Source of the DNA: Eledone cirrhosa
Taxonomy: Eukaryota
Assembly: GCA_964016885.1 (NCBI GenBank)
Contig: OZ024741.1
Coordinates: 315,332,001-315,396,000, forward strand
Length of the DNA stretch: 64,000 nucleotides
Reading direction: 5' to 3'
The notes under the pieces are model-generated. The model saw nothing but the letters and a program-made list of their open reading frames with translations. It was not told the origin of the DNA and did not search any database. Numbering within the stretch: the first letter of the stretch is position 1; the number at the start of each line of letters is the position of its first letter. Position numbers and translations under genes: made by a program. Below are positions 28,577 through 43,344 of this stretch, piece after piece.

Positions 28577-29419
28577 GCTGGGAGTTATGTGTGTGCATGC
28601 TTACCCATGCAGTTTTGATTGCAGATATGCATAATTTTAACAGCCATAAATGCATGAAAGTTAATCCTATATATTTATATATATATACTGTGAATTTTTT
28701 ATTTAATAACACAAGGAATGTATAGCAGTAATAAAAAAATTTCTTATGCTCTGTATGTATATATTATATGCGGGAGTAGATATAATGTCTATTTTCTGAA
28801 TGTATGTGTATATATATATTTATGTATCTTTGCCTATATATACGTGCTGTACGATAGGTAATCTCTATAGCAATATATATTTTGTGATGTTTAAATTCCA
28901 ATTTTTAGTATATTGATCTCAATTTTTAAACTTAATATCTAATCATAATTAAACAATGATTAATTTCTCATATTATATACGTATATTCCATTCATGAATA
29001 TTAATATTTCTAATTTTATTATATTCATTTCATCTCAATTGTTAACTCAACTTAATATGACATGACTTAAGGATTTCTTTCTCACCCCCTCTCTCTATCT
29101 CTTATTTCTCTCTCTTGAGTTTTTTCTCTCTGTCTGATGGTTTGATATCTCTCTGTTGCTTTCCTCTGTTTTCTTATTTTTCCCTTTTTTCTTCTTTTCT
29201 TTCCTCTTTTTCTTTATTTATCTCTCCCTTATTCTCCACGCTTTTCTCTCTCCGTTTTTTCTCCACGCTTTTCTCTCTCTCTGTGTCTTTTGTAATTGTC
29301 CTTAACACTAAGACTTACTAAAATAATATAAACAAACCACTATCCTGATGTCCTCCAAAAGAAATGGTCGCATTTTGAAAGGGTACGTCAATGCTTATTA
29401 GTAAAAATGATATATATTG

Positions 29420-29610
29420 TATTTGTCTGATGAAGGCATACCATAATTTAACTTGGTATCCTTGAAATATGTATAATGAAATAAATATGGTTTTATAAAT
29501 ATAGTTTCCATTTATTAATATCGTATATCTACTCCAAATACTTGTCGAGTGCTTTATATCAGTTATAAAAATATTTACTTGTTGTATCCCAACAATTTAA
29601 ATAGAACTTT

Positions 29611-29660
<50 letters not shown>

Positions 29661-29855
29661 CAGAAGGGATATTCAATTTGTAATTCAACAAATATAAATG
29701 TTTATAACTGATTCAGAGCGCTAGACAGATTTCTCGAGTAAATATTAAATGATATTAAATAAATGCAAACTATATTTATAAAACCATATTTATTGTATTA
29801 TATATATTTCAAGGGTATAAAAAAGATTTGTACGCTTTCATCAGATAAAATAAAA
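29420..29855. mobile_element. Diverged inverted pseudo-LTR pair with a minimal HHR in each arm
   Basis: CUGAUGA(29427)-stem II-GAAA-UAUG-UA on +, and CUGAUGA...GAAA-UAUA-UA on - near 29800-29845. A related sequence lies at 44610-44780. Confidence 0.6.
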
Positions 29856-29952
29856 TGTGTGTTTTATAAATTTAGACATAGCCAAGGAACATATCTTATT
29901 AGTTGAAGTATTCCTTGGATATCCCAGGAATATATATATATATATATATATA

Positions 29953-30074
<122 letters not shown>

Positions 30075-30126
30075 TATTTATATATATATATAAATATATA
30101 TATATAAATATATAAATATATACACG

Positions 30127-30182
<56 letters not shown>

Positions 30183-30186
<4 letters not shown>

Positions 30187-33100
30187 TTATAAGAATCAAA
30201 GAACTGTTCAATGCATTTTTATGCTTACAACTGTTTCCTCCAAACCGAGGTTTGGATTCTTCGGAGCAATTTATTATTGAATGAACACTTATATGACCTC
30301 CTTTTCACCCAAGAGACATACTGATACATATGCAAATATTGTGGGTCAACATTCATTACAGCATTTAGTGTGGCAGTACACATTTAGAGATTACATTCAT
30401 ATTAAAAGATACAATCAAAAATACAGGTTAAAATACAACATGAAATTAAGCGGTTATAGAGTGCAATGGTTATATGTGTGGCAAGCACGTGCGTCTTGTT
30501 TATATAGTGTGGCAGAGAGTTACGTGTAATAGAAGCACTTAAGCAGGTAATCAAGAGTGTTAAGGGTTGATCTGGTAATGAATTCTTTATATGATTGTTA
30601 TAGCCTGTGTGTGGAGAAATAATATAAGTATTAAAAATAATGTAATCATTAAAAATATTGGAAATGCGTAGCGAAGCGATGATATGGATTTCATGCACTG
30701 CGACATTTTCATAGTCTGGGGAGCGTACTTTTCAGATTATATGCCCCTCACATAATCCACGACGATTCGATATTGGGCGTTTGACAATCCAGTTAGAGAA
30801 TCGTAGTCTGATGTTCTTTAGCTCAATACAGGAGGATGTTACGTTGCGATAAACGACATCGAAATATTACCCGGAAGTGTGTGTGTAGCTAAGGGGAGTT
30901 AATGCATGAGGGGAGGTAACTCAGTGGTTTCTATTACTAACTATTGAATTGGGTCTCAAGACAGTCCCTAACTTATATGGTTATGCGCAGTTTCTAAAAC
31001 ATTTCTAAAATTTAATAAAGTGTTTTAACTATAAAGTAGTCTATTAAGTTGTGCTGAAGGTGTTCTTATTATGGTGATTAACCTCCATCGTAGAGTGCCA
31101 CAAATGAATATTATACACGACGAGCGAGATTTCTAAATTAATGATCTCTGTGATTGTAGTCTACTCAAAGAACCAGGCAAGGTGATTGCAGAATCACTTC
31201 AACACACAATGATCACTGGTAAGTACCGGGTCAGTGCATGCTATATTGGATGTCGAAAGATAATCATCACCAGGGCCGACCAGAGGTCAATTCACACCCC
31301 TCATGTCTCCAATCTGACCATCAAATCGTACATATATGTACAATCCATACGCCACTTGCGATACATTCACTGCACTCAGTATACCGGTCGTACAGCTCAT
31401 CAACGTTACTAGATTAATTAGTTTCCCATTTATCCAACGATGGCACTACCTCCGCATAGCACCAACAATACAATCAATTCAATGCTTAAATTTTACATTA
31501 ACTATAAAGTGGTGTAGTGCAGTTCAAGCAACTGGGTGTAGTCACACCTAAAGTAGACGTACAAAGAGGTATTCCCACTGTGAAGGGTTCTAGAGGGATG
31601 TCCCGATTTGTGTTATATTAGATCAATTAGTGTGGGGATGTAGTCTAAGGTGTGCCCCTGGTGTTTGATACTAGAGGTGGTGTCTGGTTCAAGTCCGACA
31701 TTGCTATATATTGGGCTTAAAGTTTTGGAAGGAATGTCTGAAATGGTGCTGGCAAGTTGCAAACACTTCAGATTTTTTGTTAAGTAGGTTACGGTTAGAG
31801 AAGATAATAGTGTGGGTCTCTAGTATACAGAGGTTACAAAATTTATTAGGTGGTTTGTACGAAGTCGCGCTACCTATCACTTCCCATTTGAGTGTGTAAG
31901 GTTTATTTTTAGTTTTTATATAGTGTATGTAGCTAGATAGTGAGGTGGAGTTGGCTGGACTGTGCTTTTTGAACGAGTGGATGTGCGAATTATATCTGAT
32001 TTTGAAGCAGTTAGAAGTGGAGCCTACATAGGTTTCTGAAGAGTTGCTAGTTGTGACGGTGCATGAGTATATGATATCCTTGGTTAGGCATTTTTTATCT
32101 AAAGGGCAAGTTCTATTAGCTCTACAGTTACAATTATCCTGGGTGTTAGTCTGCTGGTTATAATGCAGTGCAGAAGTCCGGGTGGTAGCTATAGGATTTT
32201 GGACATTCGGGTTGTCGACCCCGGTGTTATTTCTTATACTAGTGTTATTTCTATTATTACTGCCGTTATTAGGGTTGCTTGCTACAGAGGTATTTTGAAG
32301 GTTTACCTCCTGTTGTGATTTCGTTTGTTGGAAGTAAGAATTAATTTTACTTTTATTGCTGCTAGCTATGTGGTATGCTAAGTTAGGCGTCGTAGAGTAT
32401 GAGATTTTAATAGTGTTTTTGTTTAAGAGGTTATGGTACTTGTGTCCTAGAGGGAAGTTTTTATCTAGTAGTGAGAAGAAAGCCCTAGGTATGTTGGTGG
32501 AGACGTTTAGGTTGAAAGGAGGGTTGAAAAATGTATTATTTCTTCTTCTATTTTTGTTTTTAGTGTCTGGTGTGTTGTTTCCTCCCTAGGTACTACGGTA
32601 GTTTCTGTGGTAATGGTTACTTTTGGTGGCACCCTCCGCTTTAGTGTGGTTGCTATTCATATTACTAGGTTTCCCCATGGACATATTGTGCGAGATGATG
32701 TTGTAGCTATGTGTTTTCTTAGGTAGGAACTCAATCTTTATATTATGGCCAGATCTAGCTAATGCTTGATTATAATATTGCGAGTTTTTGCTAAATATGT
32801 TTGCGTCATATGATAGATTAGAGATTCTATTGGATACCCCCTTAGAGATAGAGTTTAATATTGATCTAGGGTGATTAGACTTGGTATCCACGTAAATGAG
32901 TTGTTCGTTAGGCTTATGGAAAGGTGTATATATTTTTGAGTCTAGGTATAGTGTGGCGTCTAGGAAGTTAACATTTTTAGTGTTTTTGTCCATGGTGATA
33001 CTAAGGTTAAAGTTTTTTAATGTCTTGTGCAATAGTTTTCTAGTTCTTTCTATATTGAATTTTTTATATTCTATAAGTAGAAGTGCATCATCGTGGTACA

Positions 33101-33328
33101 AACCACTGTTGAGGTATGGGAGGTCCTTATGGATTTCATTAAGTAAGTATAGGCCGACCAAACCAGTGACATGCGCCGAGTCACTAGATCCCATGATTAT
33201 GTCGAAGTTGTTGTGCGTATCCTTGCGTGTCCCTAGTTGGTCCTCGGAGGTGATTATGGTTTTACGGGCCGCAAGGATGACATCAATCTGGGCTCTAGTC
33301 AGGTCGCTATTGTTCATGGCCATGATTA
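30183..33328 (-). mobile_element. 5'-truncated PLE (CxCx5C-linker, Hydra-clade-like), left arm of a 5.7 kb inverted pair
   Basis: FDIIMGSSDSAHV...LYHDDALL, VNFLDATL, CNCRANRTCPLDKKC, YVGSTSN and CNLC...LNKKSE...CQH, followed by a long 3' region ending in an HHR. Confidence 0.9.
30222..30268 (-). ncRNA. Type I hammerhead ribozyme with U4C core
   Basis: UGCU-CCGAAGA-aUCCAAAC CUCG GUUUGGAg-GAAA-CAGUUG-UA/AGCA. Confidence 0.65.
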
Positions 33329-33344
33329 GTGCCTTATTTAATAA

Positions 33345-35918
33345 GTAAAACCATAATCACCTTCGAGGACCAACTATGGACGCGCAAGAATACGCACAAC
33401 AACTTCGACATAACCATGGGATCTAGTGACTCGGCGCAGGTCACTGATTTGGTCGGCCTATACTTACTTAATGAAATCCATAAGGACCTCCCATACCTCA
33501 ACGGTGCTTTGTACCGCGATGATGCACTTCTACTTATAGAATATAAAAAATTCAATATAGAAAGAACTAGAAAACTATTGCACAAGACATTCAAAAACTT
33601 CAACCTTAGTATCACCATGGACAAAAACACTAAAAATGTTTAACCTAAACGTCTCCACCAACATACCTAGGGCTTTCTTCTCACTAGATAAAAACTTCCC
33701 TCTAGGACACTAGTACCATAACCTCTTAAACAAAAACACTATTAAAATCTCATATTCTACGACGCCTAACTTAGCATACCACATAGCTAGCAGCAATAAA
33801 AGTAAAATTAATTCTTACTTCCAACAAACGAAATCACAACAGGAGGTAAACCTTCAAAATACCTCTGTAGCAAGCAACCCTAATAACGGCAGTAATAATA
33901 GAAATAACACTAGTATAAGAAATAACACCCGGACTTCTGCACTGCATTATAACCAGCAGACTAACACCCAGGATAATTGTAACTGTAGAGCTAATAGAAC
34001 CTGCCCTTTAGATAAAAAATGCCTAACCAAGGATATCATATACTCATGCACCGTCACAACTAGCAACTCTTCAGAAACCTATGTAGGCTCCACTTCTAAC
34101 TGCTTCAAAATCAGATATAATTTGCACATCCACTCGTTCAAAAAGCACAGTCCAGCCAACTCCACCTCACTATCTAGCTACATACACTATCTAAAAACTA
34201 AAAATAAACCTTACACACTCAAATGGGAAGTGATAGGTAGCGCGACTTCGTACAATCCACCTAATAAAATTTGTAACCTCTGTATACTAGAGACCCACAC
34301 TATTATCTTCTCTAACCGTAACCTACTTAACAAAAAATCTGAAGTGTTTGCAACTTGCCAGCACCGCTTCAGACATTCCTTCCAAAACTATATAGCAATG
34401 TCGGACTTGAACCAGACACCACCTCTAGCATCAAACACCAGGGGCACACCTTATACTACATCCCCACACTCATTGATCTAATATAACACAAATCGGGACA
34501 TCCCTCTAGAACCCTTCACAGTGGGAATACCCCTTTGTACTTCTACTTTAGGTGTGACTACATCCAGTTGCTTGAACTGCACTACACCACTTTATAGTTA
34601 ATGTAAAATTTAAGCATTGAATTGATTGTATTGTTGGTGTTATGCGGAGGAAGTGCGATCGTTGGATAAATGGAAAACTAAATAATCTAGTAACGTTGAT
34701 GAGCTGTACGGCCGGTATGCTGAGTGCAGTGAATGTATTGCAAGTGGCGTATGGGTTGTACATATATGTACGATTTGATAGCCAGATTGGAGAGATGAGG
34801 AGTGTGGATTGACCTCTGGTAGGCCCTGGTGATGATTATCTTTCGACATCCAATATAGCATGCACTGACCCGGAACTTACCAGGGATCATTGTGTGTTGA
34901 AGTGATTCTGCAATCACCTTGCCTGGTTCTTTGAGTAGACTACAATCACAGTGATCATTAATTTAGAAATCTCGCTCTTCGTGTATAATATTCATTTGTG
35001 GCACTCTACGATGGAGGTTAATCACCATAATAAGAACACCGTCAGCACAACTTAATAGACTACTTTATAGTTAAAACACTTTAAATTTTAGAAATGTTTT
35101 ATAAACTGCGCATAACCATATAAGTTAGGGACTGTCTTGAGACACAATTTAATAGTTAGTAATAGAAACCACTGAGTTACCTCCCCTCATGCATTAACTC
35201 CCCTTAGCCACACACACACTTCCGGGTATTATTTCGATGTCGTTTATCGCAACGTAACATCCTCCTGTATTGAGCTAAAGAACATCAGACTACGATTCTC
35301 TAACTGGATTGTCAAACGCCCAATATCGAATCGTCGTGGATTATGTGAGGGGCATATAATCTGAAAAGTACGCTCCCCAGACTATGAAAATGTCGCAGCG
35401 CATGAAATCCATATCATCGCTTCGCTACGCATTTCCAATATTTTTAATGCTTACATTATTTTTAATACTTATATTATTTCTCCACACACAGGCTATAACA
35501 ATCATATAAAGAATTCATTACCAGATCAACCCTCTTAACATTCTTGATTACCTGTTTAAGTGCTTCTATTACACGTAACTCTCTGCCACACTATATAAAC
35601 AAGACGCACGTGCTTGCCACACATATAACCATTGCCCTCTATAACCGCTTAATTTCATGTTGTATTTTAACCTGTATTTTTGATTGTATCTTTTAATATG
35701 AATGTAATCTCTAAATGTGTACTGCCACACTAAATGCTGTAATGAATGTTGACCCACAATATTTGCATATGTATCTGTATGTCTCTTGGGTGAAAAGGAG
35801 GTCATATAAGTGTTCATTCAATAATAAATTGCTCCGAAGAATCCAAACCTCGGTTTGGAGGAAACAGTTGTTAGCATAAAAATGTTTTGAACAGTTCTTT
35901 GATTCTTATAATTCATAT
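33345..35918 (+). mobile_element. Inverted copy of the same PLE with internal deletions
   Basis: Reverse complement of 30183-33263 with scattered substitutions. About 455 bp are missing at about 33640. LYRDDALL is retained. Confidence 0.9.
35830..35876 (+). ncRNA. Type I hammerhead ribozyme with U4C core (right arm)
   Basis: Same fold as 30222-30268, with triplet GUU. Confidence 0.6.
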
Positions 35919-36094
35919 AACTGCTCTGTAAATCATCTGATGTTATTACATTGAGCTATTTAACTTACTGGTAATAAAGTAGTAGTATATTACTGCCTAC
36001 CACTATTTAGGGTTTATAAAAATATATATAACTACAAAAGGTTTTTGTATTTGCATAACCATAAATAGTATAATCAATACATATATATATATAT

Positions 36095-39000
36095 ATTTAT
36101 TAAAATAACAGATTAAAGTTTAAGGAAATAATCGCTGCGTTCACCCTTCACGGGACCTTCTGAAACTAACAAAGTCAATCTGTAAACGCAGAACTGGATA
36201 TTTCAAAAAACGTTGCAACCGGAGGAAGACATGAAGACGATACTTTGCTTCGTGGAAACGTTCGCTGGCAAAGAACGGGAAAAAACGAATATAATACGTC
36301 ATTAATAGGAGCGGTTAAAAACAATTACGCGCAACGCGTTCATTAAAGGTTTGCGTTGGCGTGCCTTTTATTTCGATAATCCGCGAAAAGCAGACAACAA
36401 ACAGGATAAATTTGGATTTAAAACCTATAATAACCCACCGTGGAACCCAGCATTGCTACCCTTCGAAAATGATGTCTTGGAACTCATTCGGAGTATCACA
36501 TTTCGGAATAGCAGCAATTCCTTCCAGCAAGACCTGAAGAATAGAATTCGTTCTATTAAGGATTCTAATGCCGTGCACGTCCATTCCGACAAAACTGGCA
36601 ACCTATATCAAATGGAGCGCAGTACTTATCATCAACTACTACATAATGCTGTAACTAAGGATTACCGTAAAACTAATCGGTGCGTCATCAATGAAATCAA
36701 CGATGCTGGGTTTAAAATCACATCTGATCTCAACATCCTGGACCGGACCGAACCTCTGGACCCTTTTTCTCCCCACTTTACCCTGAAGGATCACAAATCC
36801 AATTTTCCGAACAACCCCTCTATTCGGCTTATTAACCCTACGAAGTCCGATTTAGGTAGACTTAGTAAAACGATTCTTGATAGAATTATACTTGAAATTA
36901 GAAGTTTGGCCCCTCTTGCACTGTGGAACAATTCTTTCCCGGTGATTGATTGGTTCAACGGCATATGTAACAAGGAACATTGCCGTTTTATCCAATTCGA
37001 CATCAACAATTACTACTTCTCCATCCCTTTACTACTTCTCCTTAGAGCTATCAATTTCGCTAAAACACTCACAGTGGTTAAGGATTTCGAAGTTGATGTC
37101 ATCCTCAATGCCCGAAAGTCGGTGATTAATTTCGACGACTCTATTTGGATTAAAAAATCCAATAGTACCCCATTCGACGTGAGTATGGGCGCCAGTGATT
37201 CTGCTGAGGTTACTGATCTTATTGGCCTTTTCCTTCTCTTCTCTATCAAGGACGAATTCCCCAACGCGGGCGGTGGTTTGTACCGTGACGATGGTCTTTT
37301 GACCATGACTAAGTGCGGACCTCGTGCTTGCGACAGGTTCAGATAAGAACTCACAGCCTTCTTTAAAGGCTTCAACCTCTCTATACAGGTTGAGGCCAAT
37401 CTCTCGGTCGTTAATTACCTCGACGTTACCCTCAATTTATTGAATGGGCTGTATTACCCGTATAGAAAGCCGAATGATACGCTTAATTACATAAGTAAGC
37501 ATTCCAACCATCCTGCCAGCATAACCAAGAACCTGGTACGAAACGTTTCGTTCAGGCTTTCCCGTCTTTCCACCAACGAGCATATTTTCAACGACCATTC
37601 CACTTATTACAATGAAGCTCTTGCTCGAAGTGGATTTGTCGATAAGGTAGCATATACAGAGTACGAAAATAGACCTAGAAGTAATAGACCCCGTCGCATT
37701 TGTTGGTATAACCCACCATATAATATGGAGGTGGCCACACCATTAGCTAAGATCTTTCTTTCCCTTATTACGAAGCATTTTCCCCCTACACATAAATATA
37801 GTAAAATTTTTAATAGAAATACTATTAAAATTTCTTACTCTACGACTCCTAACCTTGCACAAAATATCACAGCTTCAAATTTTAGCTAAACTACCTAGCC
37901 GTAGAAACACGTGGAACCCTGTAGTTAGTACTAACTGTAATTGAAGGAATCGGGGTGATTGCCCCCTATCCGGGAAATACCTCTATAGCAACATTGTCTA
38001 CAAATGTAAGGTTGTAACACCCACGTCCCGTAGGGCCTACATAAGGTTAACCTCCAATAGTTTCAAGCAGCGTCTTTACATGCATACCCATTCTTTTCGT
38101 TACCCTCTAAGAAGGAATATTACGTCACTTTCAGCTTATATCTGGAGTCTAAAAGACAACCACACCCAATATAGGTTACACTGGGAGATCCTAGCTTGCG
38201 CTAGATCGTATAACGGAAATAAAAGACCATGTGACCTCTGCGCTGCTGAGGCCCTGGAAATACTCTACGCCACAGACCACATCTTAAACAAAAAATCTGA
38301 GGCAATTTCGGCTTGTAAACATAAATTGCACAAAACTTTCCTGTATTACAGCCCCGCGTTATACCCTAACGGATAGGACGATCTATACGTGGATATTTTA
38401 CGTCTTGGTGTGGGAGCTAAGTATATGTTTTGTTTATACCTTTACTTATTTGCATAGGTAAGTATATTTTACTCGTATGTTTTGTGAAGGTACGTATACC
38501 TTCTCGTACGTATATTTGATTGTTATGGCGTATAATTGTTTATATATTCTGGTACATATGGTTTGGCTATGTGTACACGGGAGTTTTGCGTCTGTGTGAG
38601 TATGCAGGTTCGTAAGTTTGGTGGGTGTGTGTATATGTGTACTTCATGTTTTGGTTGACTTACGTCTCCGAACATTCGTGTATTTATATGTAGGTATGTG
38701 TGTGCGCTTGTTATATACGTATTTATTTATTTATATACGTTTATATAATTATTTATTTATTTGTATACACGCATACACACACACACACACATATTTCTAT
38801 GTGCGGGGTTTTGTATACCTATGGTAAGTTTTTGCTTATGCTTGTGTATGTACGTATTTGTTTGCGTGTATGTATTTATTTATTTCTATTACTTCTGTAT
38901 TGTATATATTTACTTTGTTCTTAACTCTGTAGCGGAGATTCATTTGGTCTCCTAGTTAGAATTTTAGTCTACGACTTCTGCTATACCATTTACGTGGTTT

Positions 39001-39386
39001 TGTCTTTGCGTGCTATTGTTCTCTACGCTCCACATATGACGTATTATCTTCGTTTTTTCGTTCATTGCCAGAGAACGTCTCTATGCACCACCTAAGAGAA
39101 CATTAGTCTACGACCTCTTTTATACCATAAATGTGGTTCTGTCTTTGCGCGTAATTGTTTTTCACCGCTCCTATTAATGACGTATTATATTCGTTTTTTC
39201 CCGTTCTTTGCCAGGGAACGTTTCCACGAACCAAAGTATCGTCTTCCTGTCTTCCTCCGGTTGCAACGTTTTTTGAAATATCCAGTTCTGCGTTTACAGA
39301 TTGACTTTGTTAGTTTCAGAAGATCCCGTTAAGGGTGAAAGCAGCGATTCTTTGCTTAAACTTTAATCTGTTATTTTAATAAATAT
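36095..39386 (+). mobile_element. Near full-length PLE (Hydra-clade-like) with inverted 5' pseudo-LTR; ORF frameshifted
   Basis: RWRAFYF, SDKTGNLY, RLINPTKSDLG, QFDINNYY, LYRDDGL, WYNPPY and CDLC...LNKKSE..CKH across 36351-38376. 36095-36333 is the reverse complement of about 39147-39386. Confidence 0.9.
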
Positions 39387-39474
39387 TTGCTCTACGGTTC
39401 TTATATATTTGATATATATTTATCCTTATCGAGCCCTCTTTGGATTTTAGTCTTCAAATTTATTATTATTACTA

Positions 39475-39562
<88 letters not shown>

Positions 39563-39578
39563 ATATATATATATATAC

Positions 39579-39708
<130 letters not shown>

Positions 39709-39826
39709 GTATATATGTTATATTTATATACATATATATATATGTATGTATATATGTTATACTTTCGGCGGGTCATGCCAATAAGAAACACACGCACCAG
39801 TTGCTTTCACTCCAATTTATTATAAA

Positions 39827-40633
39827 CTAGCAGTGCTACCCGGTGTTGCACGGGATAAGGTATTTTGGAACGCGGGCCGCCAACAGACCTAATCGTGGAA
39901 AAACTGCATGCCTGGACAATATGTAAAGAAAATAAACCGAATGCTCTGATGCAATTAGTATTAGGTATGCTTCTCCTTCCGCGTGGAGAATTTCGGCTTG
40001 GTGCTTTTGTACTTTAATAAATGGCTTTAGTCAGCAGTACAGATGTCACCACTTATGTCAGAGGGAAGTATGCAATGTTTGAGCAAGACATGACGTGCAA
40101 TGGGACAGCATGTGGAGCCTTCTCGAAGGAGTCCACCGCACCTTAGTAAGTAACGCAACTGGAAAAACGTTTACCAAACTGTGGGTATAATTTAACACAT
40201 TTAAAAAGGAATGGTGCAATAAAATGAGCCCCGAGGCGTGTGCGTATTCACTGGCAGCCCTAAACGAAAGGGTCGCCATCAGTTATTTCAAGGGCCCTTA
40301 AAAGGGCCTTGTAAGCCGTTCACCGACATTCTAGTAAGGAGGGGTAACCATCAACAATTTCAAGTGGTGGCTCTAAAAAGGGCCATGTGAACGTTCACTT
40401 GTAGCCCTTAATAGTGAGTTTGACTATGTTCTCTGACATTTGGAGGAGGGTGTTACGGTTGCTTCCACTGGTAGCCTTTAGAATGAATCAGAATTTATTT
40501 GCGGACCCTTTAACAGCCAAACCTAAGAATTACATGTGTAAAGTTTGAAAACAGTCGGTTTGGTGGTTCTCGAGTTTTAGAAATTCGAACTCACACACAC
40601 ACAGTCAGACGTCCTCAGTTTTATATATATAGA
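39827..40633 (-). mobile_element. Non-autonomous Helitron (807 bp)
   Basis: Minus strand starts A|TCTATATATATAAAACTGAGG and ends in hairpin CCCG tgcaacac CGGG then tagcactgCTAG|T. It splits a repeat seen intact at about 10905-11065. Confidence 0.9.
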
Positions 40634-40875
40634 TTAAAAAATGTTTTCAAAATGTTTTTTTTTTAGTTTTTTTTTTTATTTATAAATTTTCAGTTGGTTG
40701 GTTGGTTGGTTCCACAACCGGATGATTGTTCATATATTGTCAAAGTTATTTCTGGTGCGTGTGTTTCTTATTGGCAACATGACCCTCCCAAAGTATAACA
40801 ATATCGGTTTCAACACACGTTTTCAGATAAAGAATCTTGCTAAAGTAATTCAGAAACGAAATATATATACATACA

Positions 40876-40971
<96 letters not shown>

Positions 40972-42162
40972 TTATACATATTTTTTTTATTTTTAACTTT
41001 ATTTTTACTTCACATCCACCAGTGACCTCTCTCCCCCTGCTTTTTGATTCACTTACTTTATATCTTCACAATTTTACATATTTTACCCCCCCCCCTTTTA
41101 TTTCAATACCTGATTTCACAGTCACTTGTGTTTTCAACTCCAGATATATTCTGTTGTCCCTCAGCGGCTTTTATGTATGGTTACTTGCGTATAATCTGTA
41201 CTCATTTATTCATACGGCTGGTTTTTATATTGTATGTATGCGTGTAAGTGTGCATATGTGTGTATACGTATTTGTATATGTATACGAATGCATTCGTATG
41301 TGCGCGTGTATGTGTATATGTGTGTGTGTGTATGTGTGTTTTTATATCTATGTTTTTATATACTTATATATAAGTGTGTGTATATATATATGGTCGCGTG
41401 CGTGCGTGTGATTAGATGTACATGTATCTATATATATGTGCTTCGTGTGTATGTATGCGCGCTTTTGTATGTATGTACGCATGTATGTGATTCTGTCTGT
41501 ACGTATATATATATATATATTATATATATATATATATATATATGTGCGTACGAACCGCTGTATGTTTTCTACTTTTTATTTATTTTTTCTTGTGTTACTT
41601 TATAATAACCCCTCCCTCTTACTTTCTCTTTGATTTAATTTTTTTATTCTCATATATTTTTTCATTCTCATGTTTTATATTTTTATATCTGTGTCGACCT
41701 TCAGCCTGACACTGCTTTGACTGATCCACTCCCTTACCTGTATATATCACATACCTGTATGTGGTTGCGCGTGTGTGTGTTTATACGCGTGCTTTCATAC
41801 TTGTATGTGTATATATTTCAATCCTTAGTCCCTGATTCTGTATGTACGCTAACTCTATTATCTTACAATTTCTTTTTCAACATATATTATATACGTATTT
41901 GTGGTCACACATACACTCATATGTTTGCCCTCATGTATGTACTTACGCACACATTTTTTCACTAAACACATTCATTTGTACATACACACACATGTACATT
42001 TGTAGGTGCATATACACACATTTAAACACATACCCTTACTCTATTTCCTTATTTTATTTTTATATATCTCTTGCATTACTTTTATTTATATATTTTTTTT
42101 GCCCGATAAACTTTTGCCTTTCTTGAGGAGATTTTTCAAATATTTCACTATGTTTTAAATTG

Positions 42163-42238
42163 CCTTGTCTGACGAACGAATGAGGACGATTCTTGTATTC
42201 GTGTTATTCGGGAAGCCTCTGGTAATGAGGTAATTATA
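42163..42238 (+). ncRNA. Degenerate hammerhead motif
   Basis: CUGACGA-aCGAAUGA...UUAUUCGg-GAAG-CCUC ugguaau GAGG-UA: A15.1G change and weak stem I. Confidence 0.45.
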
Positions 42239-42252
42239 GTGTATTGTTTATT

Positions 42253-42306
<54 letters not shown>

Positions 42307-42526
42307 CGTTTCTGAATTTTTTTAGCAAGATTCTTTATCTGAAATCGTGTGTTGAAACCGATATTGTTATACTTTGGGAGGGTCATGTTGCCAATAAGAA
42401 ACACATGTACCAGTTGCTTACACTTCAATTTATTATAATAAATTTATAAATTTATTATAATAAATTGAAGTGAAAGCAATTGGTGCGTGTGTTTCTTATT
42501 GGCAACATGACCCTCCCAAAGTATAA

Positions 42527-42563
<37 letters not shown>

Positions 42564-42751
42564 TATTATTATATACATATTTTTTTTATTTTTTACTTTA
42601 TTTTTACTTCACATCCACCAGTGACCCCCCCCCCCCTGCTTTTTGATTCACTTACTTTATATCTTCACAATTTTGCATATTTTACTCCCCCCCCCCTTTT
42701 CTTTCACTAGCCTCTGGTAATGAGGTAATTATATTGTATTGTTTATTATAC

Positions 42752-42809
<58 letters not shown>

Positions 42810-43075
42810 TATATACATATATATATACATACATATATATATATATACATATATGTATATATATACATATATATACATATATATATACATATATATATAT
42901 ATATATGTAAATTAATAAAAATAATGATAAAAACAAAGAAAAAGCTCCTCATATTAAAAAATTCATCATTTTACGATCGTTTCTAGGATATATATGTGTG
43001 TGTTGGTATGTATATCATATAGATCTATGTAAACATTTTACAAACTATCAGAGGGAATATACATACCTACACCTA

Positions 43076-43178
<103 letters not shown>

Positions 43179-43344
43179 TGAGAGGGAGAGGGAGAGTATT
43201 TAAGTATCAAGAGAGAGAAGAAGAGATAGGCGATACATGTAGTTATTTGCCAATAGCATATGCAAAACGTTCTCAATACTTGTGCCTACAGTGTTAAATA
43301 TTAGAAGTGTTAATATCTAGTGGGCGAGAATGTAAGCAGAGCGG

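Noticed and set aside
37936-37965. In-frame TGA at the second Cys of the CxC linker (C-N-*-R...CPL), suggestive of selenocysteine as in Naiad PLEs
   Set aside because: This copy has other lesions (frameshifts, YIG>YIR, KC>KY), sister elements here have Cys, and no SECIS was recognised. It is most likely a nonsense mutation.
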